NCBI GenBank assembly: GCA_024679065.1
Contig: JAGIQG010000014.1
Span: 6,572,001 to 6,636,000 of the forward strand
Length of the DNA stretch: 64,000 nucleotides
Direction: 5' to 3'
From: Sphyrna mokarran
Taxonomy: Eukaryota
Positions 1-13,490 of the stretch are shown in pieces. The notes under the pieces were generated by a model. That model saw only the letters and a program-made list of their open reading frames with translations, had not been told where the DNA came from and made no database searches. Positions within the stretch are counted from its first letter, which is position 1; every line of letters starts with the position of its first letter. Both the position numbers and the translations under genes were made by a program.

Positions 1-175
1 ATCCAGCGCATTGTTGTGCAGTGAATTCTACAGATTCGTGATCCTTTGAGAAAATAATTACACCTCACCTTTGCTTTAAGTTTGCTACCCTTTATCCTAA
101 GATTAAGATCTCTCGTTCTAGACTGTCTCTTCATTGGAAGTACACTTTCCACGTCTACGTTGTAAATTTCTAATC
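1..175 (-). mobile_element. Old CR1 3' fragment
   Basis: Degenerate match to reverse-complemented CR1 ORF2 end; paralogous to ~21342-21515. Confidence 0.5.
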
Positions 176-1829
176 TTCGTGATCGCGTAGAATGGGAATG
201 AGTTACAGAGATATGACGCATAGCAAGTTTTGGTATCACAATATCATTATCTTGTGTTGCGTGTGAACTGACGTTCAGGATTAAAACATCCCGGGCATAT
301 CCCTGCTCATGACCCGTGAAAGAAATACAATGGTTACATTGGCTCATTTCAGAAGACTGAGAAAATTACCAAAATACCTCGATGACAATCGACTCAGCCG
401 CAAAATCCAAAGACATATATTGATTAAATTTCCCGTCATTGAGTACTGTTACAGAAAATTTGACTCTAAGCTATATATTTATTTCACAGCTCAGAACATT
501 AAGCTGTACGTTATCTCTGGGAAACCTAGCAAAAATGCTATGATCATGGAACAGTGAAGAGAATTTCGAAGAGATAAACATTGGCATATCAAACCGGCTT
601 GAAATGAACATTTCCCGTCGCAGTAGAGCGAAATGGGAGTTATCGCATTGTCCAGTTTATAGGCACCACATCTGACGTCCAACGACACGAACATTCATGA
701 GAATCACTTGACTTCTATGTCACAACTGGACGTTACAGGAAAAAAGAAATGACTATGACGTGTATTACGTTAAAAAAAACATTATATTATCATAAAGGAT
801 TCGATCTGTGCTGCAGATATGACAGAATTTGAGGTTGATTTTGTGACAGTTCCGCAGTGATAATGCTGACTCCAGTGGACGCACCGTGAATCTGGATCCA
901 CTATTTGAGAATGGCCACCGTACTGCAACCCTGTGTCATCATGCTGATTACAATATATGTGCTTTGAATATGGGTTGGACTTCTTTGTCAGGCGGAAAGA
1001 ATAAACGAAGCTGACCAGAGCTCAGCATCACGACTCAATACATCTCCTTAATCCAAGCATTTTAAATAGAATGAAGCATTCCGATTGTATGCGAGCGTGA
1101 AAATGCAAGTACGAGTGCATCAATCCGCTTCGTGAGCATTGATATGATTTTTTTGCCCATTCATTTCTTGCTTTGGAATTTACACAAACGGTTACAAGAC
1201 ATATATTACAGACATACCTCACGGTTATTATTTCGGGCTCCGTAACTACGTATGCTAAGGTTTCTTTGAATATTACGAACAACTCATAGTTACACATCAC
1301 CCTCGTTCATTCTTCGCCGACTTCCATCGAGTTGTGTATAACATAATTATATGATTCTTAAAATTCACTTCATTTAATACCAATTTGTGTTCTCTATTCC
1401 AACATCGATTATATGTCTCAGTATATTAGAATTCCACTGCTAAACAGATCAACTTGTTTGTGGAAAAATAGTTTTATTTTTGAATAATATAACTGTAATT
1501 CGCCCGATTGTTGTGTTATAAATATCACTTTTCACCTTTATCGTTTCTGTCAATTAAAATTGTGTTTTACAAATCACTTATTCTCAAATTTATCAAACAA
1601 TTCTATTTCTCTTTCTGAAGTTGATGTGTGAGCATCAAATTCTATACCTTGAAACAAATTGCATTTTAATCCTGAAACTGACCCCAATGCGTGGTCTGCT
1701 GTAGACTCTGTTGATTTAATATGACTATTCTTCACTGTTTAATCGGAAAATGTGAACGTTGAAAAAAATGACGAAAAACAATAGTCATCATCCTGACAAG
1801 TTTTAGGGTAGTTCGTTTTTGCAGTTGCC

Positions 1830-2165
1830 TGAGTAGTATTATAATCCAGTAGTAACAATTCAGGCATCTAACGTATATTCTGGAGTTCTGTGTGCGGATG
1901 CCACCAGATTGTAGAATTACAAACCAATATTGTTTTTTTCAAAAATCCAGTGATCATCACGAATGGATTGTCATAACTACCTGTCTGCTTCACTGAAGCC
2001 AAAAGGGAAAGAAACATGCCACCCTCACCCACTATCGTCTGCATGACAGTCCAGACATACTGCAATCTATTTGACAATTAACTGTTCTCTGAAGAACAAT
2101 TTGGGATTAATAGCAAATTATGATTTCTACCAGCAGCGTCCCCAAGCCATAACTGAACAAAAAAA
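1830..2165 (+). mobile_element. Degenerate tRNA-derived SINE, SacSINE1/DeuSINE-like (mirror ~63361-63696)
   Basis: ggattgtcataactacctgtctgcttcact...agggaaagaaacatgcc...tccagacatactgcaat...taactgttctctgaa with an A-rich end. Related relics at ~3348-3560 and ~22993-23200. Family from memory. Confidence 0.5.
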
Positions 2166-4329
2166 GGATGCTCACCTTCAAATCAGCCCCAAACTCTCCT
2201 CAATTACATCATGTCCGCCTTTCCAATGACGTCATGCACCGTCCACCATCAACCCAGAGAAGAGAAAACTAGAGTTCACAAAAGTATGCAAATTTATTGC
2301 TGTTGAACTACTTTAGTGTGTTTTTTTTCTAAAAAAAGCATGACTGTAATTGTTGAATGGAAGTCGACACTTACCTCTCCTGCGGATGCCAGGATGAATG
2401 TTCTTTATTCTGGGCTGTGTCTTGAAGTAGCCTCTGTGAAACTTACTGATGAGTAACCAGAGGGAAAAAGTCAGTCAATTACATCTCTGAAACACCGGGC
2501 AATATGTTACCGAATAAGCCAGTCCTTCAGAAGTCATGGGTTCTTTAGATCTGCAATTGAACTTTAAAACAGCAGTGTTAGTGATTATGGGGCTGTGAGA
2601 GTTTATTTTCTGGAGTGTGGGACGAATGCAGATGGGGTTATAGGGGGAGGGGCAGAGTGATTGGAGCCTGCAGGAGGTTGCAGCTGTAGGTTCAGAGGGA
2701 TTGGGGAGTGTGCGATGAGGGGTGCTGGAGAAGACCCCATCCCCAAGGATGTATGTCTGGTCGTTGGTGACCAGCAGGATGCAGGACCCCGCTCCCTCGG
2801 CTTTCTTCGAGGCTTTGTAAGTACGCCGTGTGTAGGCCCAGACTTATCGGGCGTTTCCCTGGTCTCTGGAAACCGCTCTGGAGGAAAACCCGGTTCTGGG
2901 GCTGCGGCGCCTGCTGCTTCTCACACGTGGACAGCTGTTCCGCTTCAGTTCCATATCGGGTGTCTCCAGGGTGTCTTTCAAATCAGAAAGATATGGCACT
3001 CAAGCAATATTGGAGAGTTGAAAACACCGAGAATGAAGTTTTAGAAACAAGTGAGAAGAGTAAAAAAAAAGAACACATGCTGGACACAGCTTGCAAGAAG
3101 CCGCCTCGCTCCAGCGCCATCTTGGAAGATAGATATGAATATGGAATACTGTATTTTAAAATAGGTTGCATACTAATACTGATACTGACCGTTGATGCAG
3201 TATCCGTCGTGGTCATTGATGATTTAAAGTGTCAATTATTTGCTACTTAGTTTGAAAAGTTGAAGGAAGAAGGATATCCAAACAGAAAAAGAAAATCAAT
3301 AAACATGCTATTGCCAAGATTCAATGTACTCCAGTTTGCCGTTGACTTGTGGCATTTTAATCCCGAGATAGCATTCCAGATCGTATAGTGTGATTTCTGG
3401 TTTAGAATACCTTCATATTGTGGGATTTGGAAACAATATTATTTCAAAATCTCTGTGATGACCATGAGTGGATTGTCGTACATAGCTTTCTCGTTCATGT
3501 ATGCCTGTTAGATAGTAAAAAAAAACATGTTACCCCGACCTGTTGGAGTCTCTATTCCAAGCCAGGACAACCTAATGGAATGCAAAATGCGCTCTCAGGA
3601 ATGATATGAGATGAACACGAAATTATATCGAGGCCCACAGTTTCCCATCCCAGTAATGGATACAAAGTGTTGTCCATAGTCTGTTTAATGAATCTTCGTA
3701 TGTATATAACACGAGAATATAACAGTTGGGGTTGATGCATGTACTCACTCTTCCTGATATTTTCTTTTTGTAGCGATGTTGCACATATGACTGAGCATAT
3801 TTTTGAGCTAATGTTTAGGACATCACCATGCAAATTACATGTTGGTTGCTTCGTAGTTATATACGCACAGCGTCTTTGAAGGTCAACCGGTGTGCAACAT
3901 TGAACTAGATGCATTGATTAATTTTCTGGCAAGGTCTTTCAAATGGAGGGGTCCCAGTTGTTTGACTGGTATCTGCTCTGCATTTCCCCTTTCATTGCTG
4001 CAGCTGCCAAACTATATCAGAAATTACTGCCGCTCAGTAACGTAAAGATACAGCAATCTCCTGGAGGAAGCTACTAATCAACTGGTTAAACTGCACATTT
4101 TGACATTCTCCAGATTCTCAATCGACATCAGATCCATGCATGTTAACGAATTCTGAACAGGTGATTTCAGCTAAGACAAGGTAGAACAGAATACTTAAAC
4201 GCGCAGTACATGGATGAATTTGCGATTTGGAGACAAATAACAAGGATGGAATGATCAGTGTCATTTTAAACTCTTTCATTTGGCACTAAACTAGGGGGTC
4301 GCATGAAGCATCAGGTGGCAGCTGCCATG

Positions 4330-4945
4330 TACATTTAACATTTATGGTGCGGAACCTGTGATGTAAGTCACAATTTGTAATGCAAAAATATACCTGTGTT
4401 GTTAGTCACGTCCTGTCGTGTAAGGTACTATCCGCGGTGCAAGGCAGCATTTTTCGTTGTGAGGCTATGCTAGTTATGTAAACATATGGTATAATGCAAA
4501 CCTGCAATGAAAGCCTCTTTCTGCAGTGAAGGGAATTCCTGTGAAGAAGGGAATACATTGCGGTATGGCAATATCTAAGGTGAAAGCATTCCCCGCGGTC
4601 TAAGACAGTAACTTGTTTTTGTAATACAGCAGCTACGGTGTAAAGCAGTCCTTTCCGTTTCTAATGGTACCTGTGTTATAATCCCGATCAGAAATTTCAA
4701 GGTGTTGTATTGAAGACAGTATCCACGTTGGAAGGCAGCAGATGTAGTGTAAGGCAATACCTGCACTACGTGGACTCGTGAATGGTGCAACGCAGTACCT
4801 TTGGAGCAATCAGTACCTGCGGTGTAAAGATGTATCGTAGAACTTACGATGAAAGGAAATAGCTTTGGTGTAAGAGAACACTTATAGTGTAACAGCAACT
4901 GCAGTGCACGCCAGTACTTGCGGTTTCCGGTGGTACAATGTGTTG
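4330..4945. repeat. Degenerate ~19-bp minisatellite (consensus ~taaggcagtacctgyggtg); mirror ~60580-61195
   Basis: aaggcag / tacctg recur at ~19-nt spacing. Confidence 0.75.
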
Positions 4946-5784
4946 TGATCCAGGTCAGAAATTTGAATGCATTTAATGAAGTCTGCCTGAACCATGTGTT
5001 TTGCACATTGAATTTAGCGCTCGTAAGCGTGAGATGTTTCACTCCAAGTATGACTTAAATGACCTACTGGTGAGCTTGTGTCTCACAAACTTAATTTTAG
5101 AAAGAAGATTAGCAAATTAATTTTTAGCAATTACCAACAAGAAAACAAACAACCAAGGTATTGTATAAACCTTAACAGCTCAATGTACTGTACAAATACA
5201 ACATGCTTACGGACATACGTCCCTACTTTCGATTTTGCAAAAAAAATATGAATGCCCAAGGAGTTTTCAGCTCTGCAAGACCTGTCGTTGTTAGTTATTT
5301 GGATGGAGAAAAGAAACACCCGCTTCTCCATTCTGGAACTCACAGCCCCTCGAAGTGGAGATAGTGCCATTGCTTTTCTCCAGCTGGCAAACCAACAACA
5401 GCAAAACGTTCACTCCAGAAAAGTAAGAAACAGTATTTCAAACTAACTAGCAGAATTGTTTGAGAGAGGAGAGGGAAAATCCAGCCTCGAGTCCAGGCAA
5501 CTTCGGAATAACCAGCAAACAAAAGTAAATGTGAAAGAATCTTGCGACTTGTCCAACGTGTTTGCGCAGCAATTCCAAAATTGCCAAAAAAAAAACTCCA
5601 AGAGAATGCAGTCGGTCCAGATTAAAAATAAACAAAACGCAATTTAACTATTTGAGGAGCGTTCAACTGACAGTTAGTCAGGCTGCTCGATGCTTGTTTA
5701 TTATGTTAGAAATAACACGGTTAAATTTACGTTTCTTAAAGCACATCTTGGAAGTGTAAGCCACTACTTGAGGTCATTAGCAGT

Positions 5785-6906
5785 AGCTGGCGCAAAGTGG
5801 TGCCTGTGGTGTAATACAGAATTTTTGGTTTAAGTTACCACGTGCGCTTAAGACAGTAGCCGCGATGCAAGGGATCATCTGTAGCCTTAGGCAGTACTTG
5901 TGGGGCTATGCAGTGCTTGCAGTACAGGGCAGTGCATGTGCAGTAAGACAGCGCCTACGGTATCAGGAAGTAGGTCCAATATTATGCAGCATCTGTGGTG
6001 TAAGGCAGTCCCTGTGGTTAAGATATCAACTGTGGTGGAAGACAGCGCCTGTATGCAAAAATGGAACTGAGGTGTTAGGCATTATCTGTGGTGCAAGGCA
6101 ATTGCGTGTAGTGAAGGTAGTTCCTGCACTGAAGAAAGTACCTGCGTGTATGACATGACTTGTGGTAAAAGGCGACAGCTGTAGCATAAGGCAGTAACTC
6201 AATGTAAGTTCTTGGATGCTGTGCCACTCAGTACCATTGATGTAAGACACTAACTTTGTGTAATGGAGCGTCTGATGTGAAGGCAGTTTCTGTAGCCGAA
6301 GGCAATACCTGTTGTGCAAAGCAGTACCTCCGGTCTGAGGGATTCCCCACCTGCAGTGAAGGCAGTAGTTCTGGTGAAGGCAGTACCTACAGTGTCAAAC
6401 ATGCACGTAATTACCTATGGTGTAAGGCATAACTTGTGACGTACGTTAGCAATGTTGGTCTATAACAGACTCTGCTGCCTTAAAACAGGACCTGCACTGT
6501 AAATAAGTGGATTTGCTATATGGTAATACCCTGGTGCGATGCCTTTCATGTGGTGTAAGACATTGCCGGAGCTGAAGTTGTATCCCCGCAGTGTAAGGCA
6601 GTACCCTTGTTAGAAAGTGGTAGTGCAGTTCTTGCAGTAAAGACAATGCACGCATTGAAAGGCAGTACATGCGATATAACGCAGTACGTGTGCTTTGAGG
6701 ATGTTCCTGTGGTGGAAGGCATGCTATTGCTGCAACGCAGTGCCGGCAATGTAAGGAAGTACTTGCGGTGTAAGGCAGTGTTTACAGTACAAGCTGGTAC
6801 CCGTGGCGTTATAAAGTAGCTTTAGTTTAAGTTTTGTGGTGTAATGCAACATCTGCGGTTCCACGTAATACTTGCAGTTTGCATAGACACTGCGGTTTTA
6901 AGGCAG
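5785..6906. repeat. Degenerate ~19-bp minisatellite; mirror ~58619-59740
   Basis: e.g. aaggcagtttctgtagccg aaggcaatacctgttgtgc aaagcagtacctccggtct from ~6280. Confidence 0.85.
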
Positions 6907-7134
6907 TGTGAGTTAGTGTCTTTTGTAGTACCTTATAAGCTACAATATTAACAAAGGCATCCAAATAATGCCACAAATATCTTGAAAACACACAATGCAG
7001 AATCAGTGTAATTTAGATTTTATTAAGAAAAATGTTATTACTAGGCTTATTTTTGTTTCCAAAGTTTAACCTTCAAAGTAAAAATATGAATAGAATCTGA
7101 GATGATAAACTAACCAATGCAACAATAAAAAGAA

Positions 7135-7312
7135 CTGTAAGCAGAAGTGCTGGGGACACAAGTCAGTTAGCACCTGTGAAGCAAACAAGATGATCAATGT
7201 TTTAAACTTGTACATGTCTTTTAGTTCTGAAGCAGGATACAAGTCCAAGGTATCAATGGTTTACTCAGCAGATGCTGACTGGCCTGCTGTGTATTTCCAT
7301 TACTTCCTGCTG
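7135..7312. mobile_element. Degenerate short element with inverted ends
   Basis: agaagtgctgggg...gtcagttagcacctg pairs imperfectly with cagatgctgactggcctgctgtgtatttcc; resembles a common shark non-autonomous repeat. Confidence 0.4.
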
Positions 7313-9065
7313 CATAACTAATGTTTCACTGAGTCTCATTAAAAAACCGACCTTAGATTCCAATAAAATATAGCATTTATCACTGAATGTTAATGAGACC
7401 AAAATTAGTCTCTTCGTGCTCTAAATGTTAACTTACAATGCTCCAAGCTCTTTGACATTAGTGCCGACTTGGTGGGTGTATTACATGGAATTGAAGAGGA
7501 GAGTGTGCTGGCTAAGTTTGTAGAACAAAAATGGCACTTTTTCTTTAAATCCTTTAAAATATGTAATTATAGTCTTAGAACAGCATTGTGTAATCATTTG
7601 TTCATAATAGTCATTTAGGAAAATGTAAAAAAAGTAGTGGTTCACTGCTATTGTAGGTTTTTTGGTTTGATTGATGGTTAAGAGAGCGAATACTAAGTAA
7701 CAATGAGTGCTTCTCCATGAAAGAGAACATATTACAGGCCACTCATGTACACATCTAAACATGTTTCAGGGCAAACTTGCCAGAGTCCTTGAAACAGATC
7801 ACTTTCACTGCCATTCCTCCACTTCTTAATCAGAGCCTGACTGTCAAAAACTGCAAAGCAAGATTGAAAGTTAGGACGTGAAAAAGCATCTATGTGAATT
7901 TAAAGCTGCATCTGTTTAAGTTGGTGCACAGTTCCACAAAGACTAGTAATTCTTTGATACTTTCCTGCTTTTTTTCTCGTCAAAGCCTAGATGCTGAATA
8001 CTGGCAAGACTAATTAACTGACCTGGCTGCCAATCTGATAGTGGTCTCTGATGATATTTACATAAACATACTTATCAGCATGTGATAAAAACAGCATTCA
8101 GGAGGAGGAGGTATAGCATGCATTACTTTGTTTGCCCCCTCCATCCATACTTTAATCATCTATGTTAGGCCAGAGATCAAGTCTGAAACTTCTCTGGTCC
8201 AACAGACTGAGAACTAATTTGTGAAAACTATCCTGCTGGACTAGCTTCAAGGTGGTGATTATTACACTTAATGAAAGAGATTATTCACTTGGAAGTGATT
8301 ATAACTGAGCTTTACACTGTGTTGGCATCTTGCTAGAGCCTTGGACTCTTGGCATCCAGGTTAAGTAGAGAAGACAAAAAACTCTGGTCTCATTCAAAAT
8401 GGATTTTAATGCTGGCATATTTGGAGGATAATATTGGAGATCTGAATTCAAGTCTCTTACCTCCATTTATTTTTATGATGGAGTATTGAACTGTATAAAT
8501 AGCTGTGAAAAGTAAATTAAATCTATTGATTCTCTTTGGCATGGGGTCTGGTTTAATGTCTGTTTCGTTTTGAGTGTGTAAGAAACAGTTGTAATGCTTA
8601 AGTGATTCGAGTCTATGCTTGTAGATAAAGTGGATAGTGCACTATTCCCTTTAATGTATTTCCATGAATAATGAATAATTTTATGCCCTTTTGAACACGA
8701 CTATCATTCCTTTTCATTTACAGTGAAAAGAAATTTAAATTAGCCCCTGTAAAACTACATACTGTAAATGCATAGCAGGAATATTTTATCACTTAACAAG
8801 AGTGCAGTACAAACTTCAAGTCAATTTGTGATGTAGAACAATGTATTGGTAATGACCTCTCCTTAGTATACTAAAATTGACTTGTATTTTTCAGTCTCAA
8901 AATGATTGGTTATTGTAGCTGTTGATAGTTTGTCTTTGCTTGTGCTCCCCTGCTGACTTCTGCAAAACAAACGTTCAGAAACAGGATGTAGTTACTAATC
9001 AAAGGGAGTATGGACTGGCTCTATCTGCATTTTAGTGTTGACATGGATTGGTTTAGGTGAGCATC

Positions 9066-9500
9066 TGGTACGGAGGGCAGGTCTTATGAAGAGAGGCTGA
9101 GCGATTTGAGGTTGTTTTCGTTAGAAAGGAGGCGGCTAAGAGGGGACCTAATCGAAACATATAAGATGATTAGAGGTTTAGATAGGTGGACAGTGATAGC
9201 CTTTTTCCTAGGATGGAGAAAGCTAGCACGAGGGGACACAGCTTTAAATTAAGGGGTGATAGTTATAGGACGGATATCAGAGGTAGTTCTTTACCCAAAG
9301 GGTGGTTCGGGAGTGGAATGCCCTGCCTGCAGCAGTTGTAGATGCGCCAAGTTTGGTGGCGTTTAAGAGGTTAGATGATAAGTACATGGAAGAGAAGGGA
9401 ATGGTTTAGTTCGGAAGGGCATTGCTTTTTATATTGGTCGGCGCATCATCGAAGGCCGAAGGGCCTGTTCTGTGCTGTAATGTTCTATGTTCTATGTTCT
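9066..9500 (+). mobile_element. CR1 3' fragment, same family as the central CR1
   Basis: Encodes ...[34 protein letters not shown]; the 3' UTR closely matches 31384-31800 and ends in a (gttctat)n tail. Confidence 0.93.
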
Positions 9501-9504
9501 ATTA

Positions 9505-10580
9505 TACTTGCAGTGTAAGGCAGAATCTGCGGTATAAGACAGGAGTTGCAGTATCTGTAGTGTAAATCAGTAGCTCCTGTAAAAGGTAGAACCTATGGTG
9601 CAATTAAATACTTGTGGCGTAAGGCAAAATTGTGTTTGCAAGGAAGTAGCTTCCATGTAAAAAATGTTGTACAGTGCAGTGTCTGTGGTTCAAGGAAGTA
9701 TCTGTGGTTGAAGTTAGTATTATTGTGTAAGAAAATAACTGTGCTTTCAAGGAGAACCACTGGTGTGAGGCATTCACTGCGGAATTAGTCAGAGACTGTT
9801 CTGTAACCACAAAGTGTAATATAATGCAGTACCTGTGATGTGTGACAGAACCATTGGTGGAAGACATATCTCTTTCATAAGGAAGAATATTAGAGGTTTG
9901 CTGCGGTGTAACACCAGTGACGTAGGGCAAAACCGGTGGTGCAAGACAATGCTTGCAATATAATGCATACCTATTATGCATTATGCGCTACCTGACGTGT
10001 AACCCTACTGTGTATCCGTAGCGTAAGCAAGTAGTTTAAGTGTGAAACGGAATGTTTGGTGCAATGCCCCACTTAGGGTTGTAATGGAACATCCGCGGTT
10101 TCACGCAATACCTATATTGCAAGGTTGTACTGCGGTGTAAGGCACCATCTGGTACAAGACAGCGACTGCGGTTTAAGGGAGAAACTATGATGTATTGCAT
10201 TGCCTGCGATGTAAGGCTGTACGTCATGTATAAGGCAGTGTCTGAGATGTCAGACACCAGCCGCAGCATAAGGCGGTATCTGTGGTTCAAGACCGTCCCT
10301 GAAGTGCAGGGCTGTTCCTGTAGTGCAATAAAGTACCTACGGTTTAAGACATTACCAGCGGTGAGCCGATCGTGTAAGGTGGTACCCCCGGTATACGATA
10401 GTCGCTTTAGTGTGCGCAGTATCTGCTGTTGGACCTGCTGTGTAGTCAATATCTGCGGTATGAGTATTAACTAAGTGCAACGCAGTTCCTCCGGTTTAAG
10501 TCAGTAATCGGATGCAAGATGGTTCCTGAGGTAATGCAATAAATGCGATGCAAGAAAGTACCTGCGATTTATCGTGGTAC
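9505..10580. repeat. Degenerate ~19-bp minisatellite; mirror ~54940-56015
   Basis: Same unit resumes immediately after the CR1 tail. Confidence 0.8.
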
Positions 10581-10650
10581 AAAAAAGCAACAAAGAACAA
10601 AACAGCACGGGAAACAGACCCTTCGGCCCAACGAGCCCGCGCCGCCACCC
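10580..10650 (-). mobile_element. Short CR1/HE1-type tail fragment (mirror ~54870-54940)
   Basis: acagcacgggaaacagacccttcggcccaacgagccc matches the reverse complement of 33935-33972. Confidence 0.65.
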
Positions 10651-10957
10651 CGATGTTCTCACTTCTACCCGTGATCCCTGTCTATGTTTATAGATCTATG
10701 GTACATGCATCATAAAACTGTACATACATGCAGCGTAATTAGGACTGATGCAAACATATTTTAATCCACTATTAGAAATACATCATTCATGTTCTCACTG
10801 ACTGAGAGTAAGCCGTTACAGAAGAAAACACCAACAGTCAACGGCGGATAGCAATAGGAGGCAGAAGATACAACAGAGTGGAACAATGCTTCTGATATCC
10901 TTTATTTAAAGAGACCCTTTTTGTGGCAAGAAGGCCGGCATTTAAACGTGTACTTCA

Positions 10958-11889
10958 CTATTGCCTGAACAGGAAGACTAGATTTAATTTTACATATTTT
11001 TGCAACATCAGAATCATTGTCCAAGGAGATTTCACGATCTTCTTCAGCTCTTCTCTGAATTTAACTTGTGTAACTGCATAAATGCAACTGTTTGTGCATG
11101 AACTTAAATGGAGGAGGAAAGCTCCGGTTTCAGTGGCAATATACTCAGGGGATGTATAATCCGGCCGGTTATGAACGATTGTACCAGAGACTAAATTACT
11201 AATGACTGCTGTCAGCCACAACAGTAGAAAGCTACTAGAAATAGTGAACGATAAAATAATAGACTTCCTTCGGTTCTGTATCTCTGGATCATTCTGATTC
11301 TCACTGCTTTGACCCCGGAGGCCCGCACGGACTTTGCTGGACAACAAAATCCGTCTGATTGTCAAAAAATTAAGTAGTAATATCGAAATGAAGGGAATCC
11401 AGTTCAATAAGATACTTTGTAACCACCTGACTGTCACACCAGTGTGAGAAGTATAAAAATCTTGTTTCGGGAGGACACCCCATTGAACACCATTTACTGT
11501 ACTTCTCTCTTTATATGCAAACCAAACGTACATGTTCTGTAAATAGATAAGGACCGTGGCTGTTGTTAAAACTGCAGCCGCTGTTCTCGCTGTGCAATAG
11601 ATTGTTTTAAACTTCTGACTGCATATGGCAATATATCGGTCAAACGTGAATGAGACTGTAAACCATACTGACATATACAGGTTATTACAAATCATAAATA
11701 TCATTAATTTGCAAACAACAGTGTAGGAGAGGAATGAATTTGGAAAACGTTTTCTTAGAAGATTATACAAAATTATATTGATGACCATCACCAACAAATC
11801 TGCTATTGCCATGGCCACCATGTAGATAGAGACACATCTGGAAAGGCCGCAATTTCCTTTGGCGAGGATCACAATGGTCACGAAATTCG
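10958..11889 (-). CDS. GPR139/GPR142-like class A GPCR, copy A-left, coding exon 2
   Basis: 7TM pattern: YMVAMAIADLLV (TM2), SVWFTVSFTFDRYIAIC (TM3, DRY), NRRKSIILSFTISSSFLLLW (TM6), LSSCTNSCIY (TM7). Polypyrimidine tract plus ttacag acceptor at 11890-11896; phase-1 join to exon 1 gives 333 aa. Confidence 0.92.
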
Positions 11890-12549
11890 CTGTAAGAACG
11901 AGAGAGAAGAACCAAGTAACGGACGCAGTCTGATGACAGTCAAAGCATACTTCAATGAAATGTTTGGGTGCACTTTTAATCAGTTAATGTCACGGACTCA
12001 TTCTGTTGATCATACGAGCAGAGGCGATATATTTACTGAAATAGATCACCATAAACTCAATATTGAGGCACTCAATGCTTTCCCCATTGCAATAATTTAA
12101 GTGTAATCGTTTCCACATGTTGAGGGAAGGGTCGCCGGATTCCGTCGACAGAATGTTAATGGAAAGTTCACCTCAGCACCATAGACAACAAAAAAAAACA
12201 AGTCTCTAATGAGATCAATTTGATTTCGGAGATTTGAATAAACCAGGTGATCTGGGATCAGCCTCCTTGCATCCATATCGATTTAATTACAGTAAGCATC
12301 ACCCGTGACACTGGTCTGAGACTCCATTCACCCTAAGTCGAAATCACACTTATTCTGCATGCCCTGGGGAAAATCCCCAGAAAGAAAATTTCGGTTTCCT
12401 CAATAAATTGTAGTTTTTCTTTTTCATTTCCTCAGTGAGTGTCACAAGCTCAAACATCTTCAGCTGCTTCATCGTGACGTTTCTTCCACTACACGGTCAG
12501 AAGTGGGAATGATCATTCATGACTCTACAATATATAATATCGCACGCGA

Positions 12550-13490
12550 ATCTTCAGATACCAAGACAGCCCATGTCCAATTGCAGCAAGATCAGGACAA
12601 CATCCAAGTTTGGGCTGACAAGTTCCAAATGATGGTTGTGTCACGCACGTTTCAGGGAATGACCGCCTATAACAATACATAATCTAAGCATTTCCCCTCT
12701 ACATTCGATGCCATCACGGAATCTGCAACTATTAGCATCAACCACAAACACAATCTGAACGGAACGAGCGATATGAAAATAAAGTTTAACAAATCTCAGC
12801 AGGGCTGGCAGCTTCCGTTGAGGGAGAAAACAGTCATTGTTTTTTTAAGCATTCCCTACGTTTGCTTCAAATCTCAACAAATGCTTATTTTAGCGAGTAA
12901 ATAGCGTCCAGAGCAGCAACTCAACGGTTAGAAATCATGCGATAATTAGCTGACCCCTTGTCTCTCAAAAACCTGTGCACTATTTATAAGTTGATGGAGT
13001 GATGGAATACTCTCCACTATCCTGCACGAGGGCGGCTCCAAGGATATTCAAAATGCTCCAGACAATGAAGGACGAAGCAGGCAGTTGGGTTGTTAATCAT
13101 CCACAAAATGATAACGACCTCAACCGCAGACGCTCTGTAGCAGCGGTGAGCAGCATTTACAGGAACTCACCAGGCACCTTACACAGAATTATACTAAACT
13201 CTCAACCACTACCATTTACAAAGTGACGGGCAGCAGATATATGGGAATAACACCATCTTAACGTTTTCCCAAAGACAGTGACAAAACTGAGTGGAATATA
13301 TATCGCCACTCATTCACTGTAGTTGTGCCAAATTCTTGGAACTCTCTTTCCCTCTACCAGCACTGTGGGTGCACTTATAACTTGGACCGCAGCGAATCAG
13401 GAAGACAGCTCACCACCCTCATCCTAAGGGCAATGAGGAATGACCAATAAAGGACATCGATGCCCACATATCACAAATTAATAAAATAAA
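12550..13490 (+). mobile_element. Old CR1-like LINE 3' fragment in GPCR A intron, antisense to gene (mirror ~52029-52969)
   Basis: Relic LQQDQDNIQVWADK post-RT peptide and tail cagctcaccacc...agggcaatgaggaatgaccaataaa...gcccacat; shared with unit B, so it predates the A/B duplication. Confidence 0.7.

Noticed and set aside
4575-10474. 120-155 aa ORFs in the minisatellite regions
   Set aside because: Open frames arise from repeat composition, have no recognisable domain, and are not preserved between units A and B.
5785-10580. CRISPR-like array
   Set aside because: Units are contiguous, degenerate ~19-mers with no unique spacers and no cas genes, and the context is eukaryotic.
10958-11881. 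Single-exon 307-aa gene starting at GTG, or gene symbol GPR139
   Set aside because: The GTG start is an ORF-caller artefact and a spliced exon 1 supplies the ATG. Orthology to GPR139 cannot be shown without a phylogeny, so no symbol is given.
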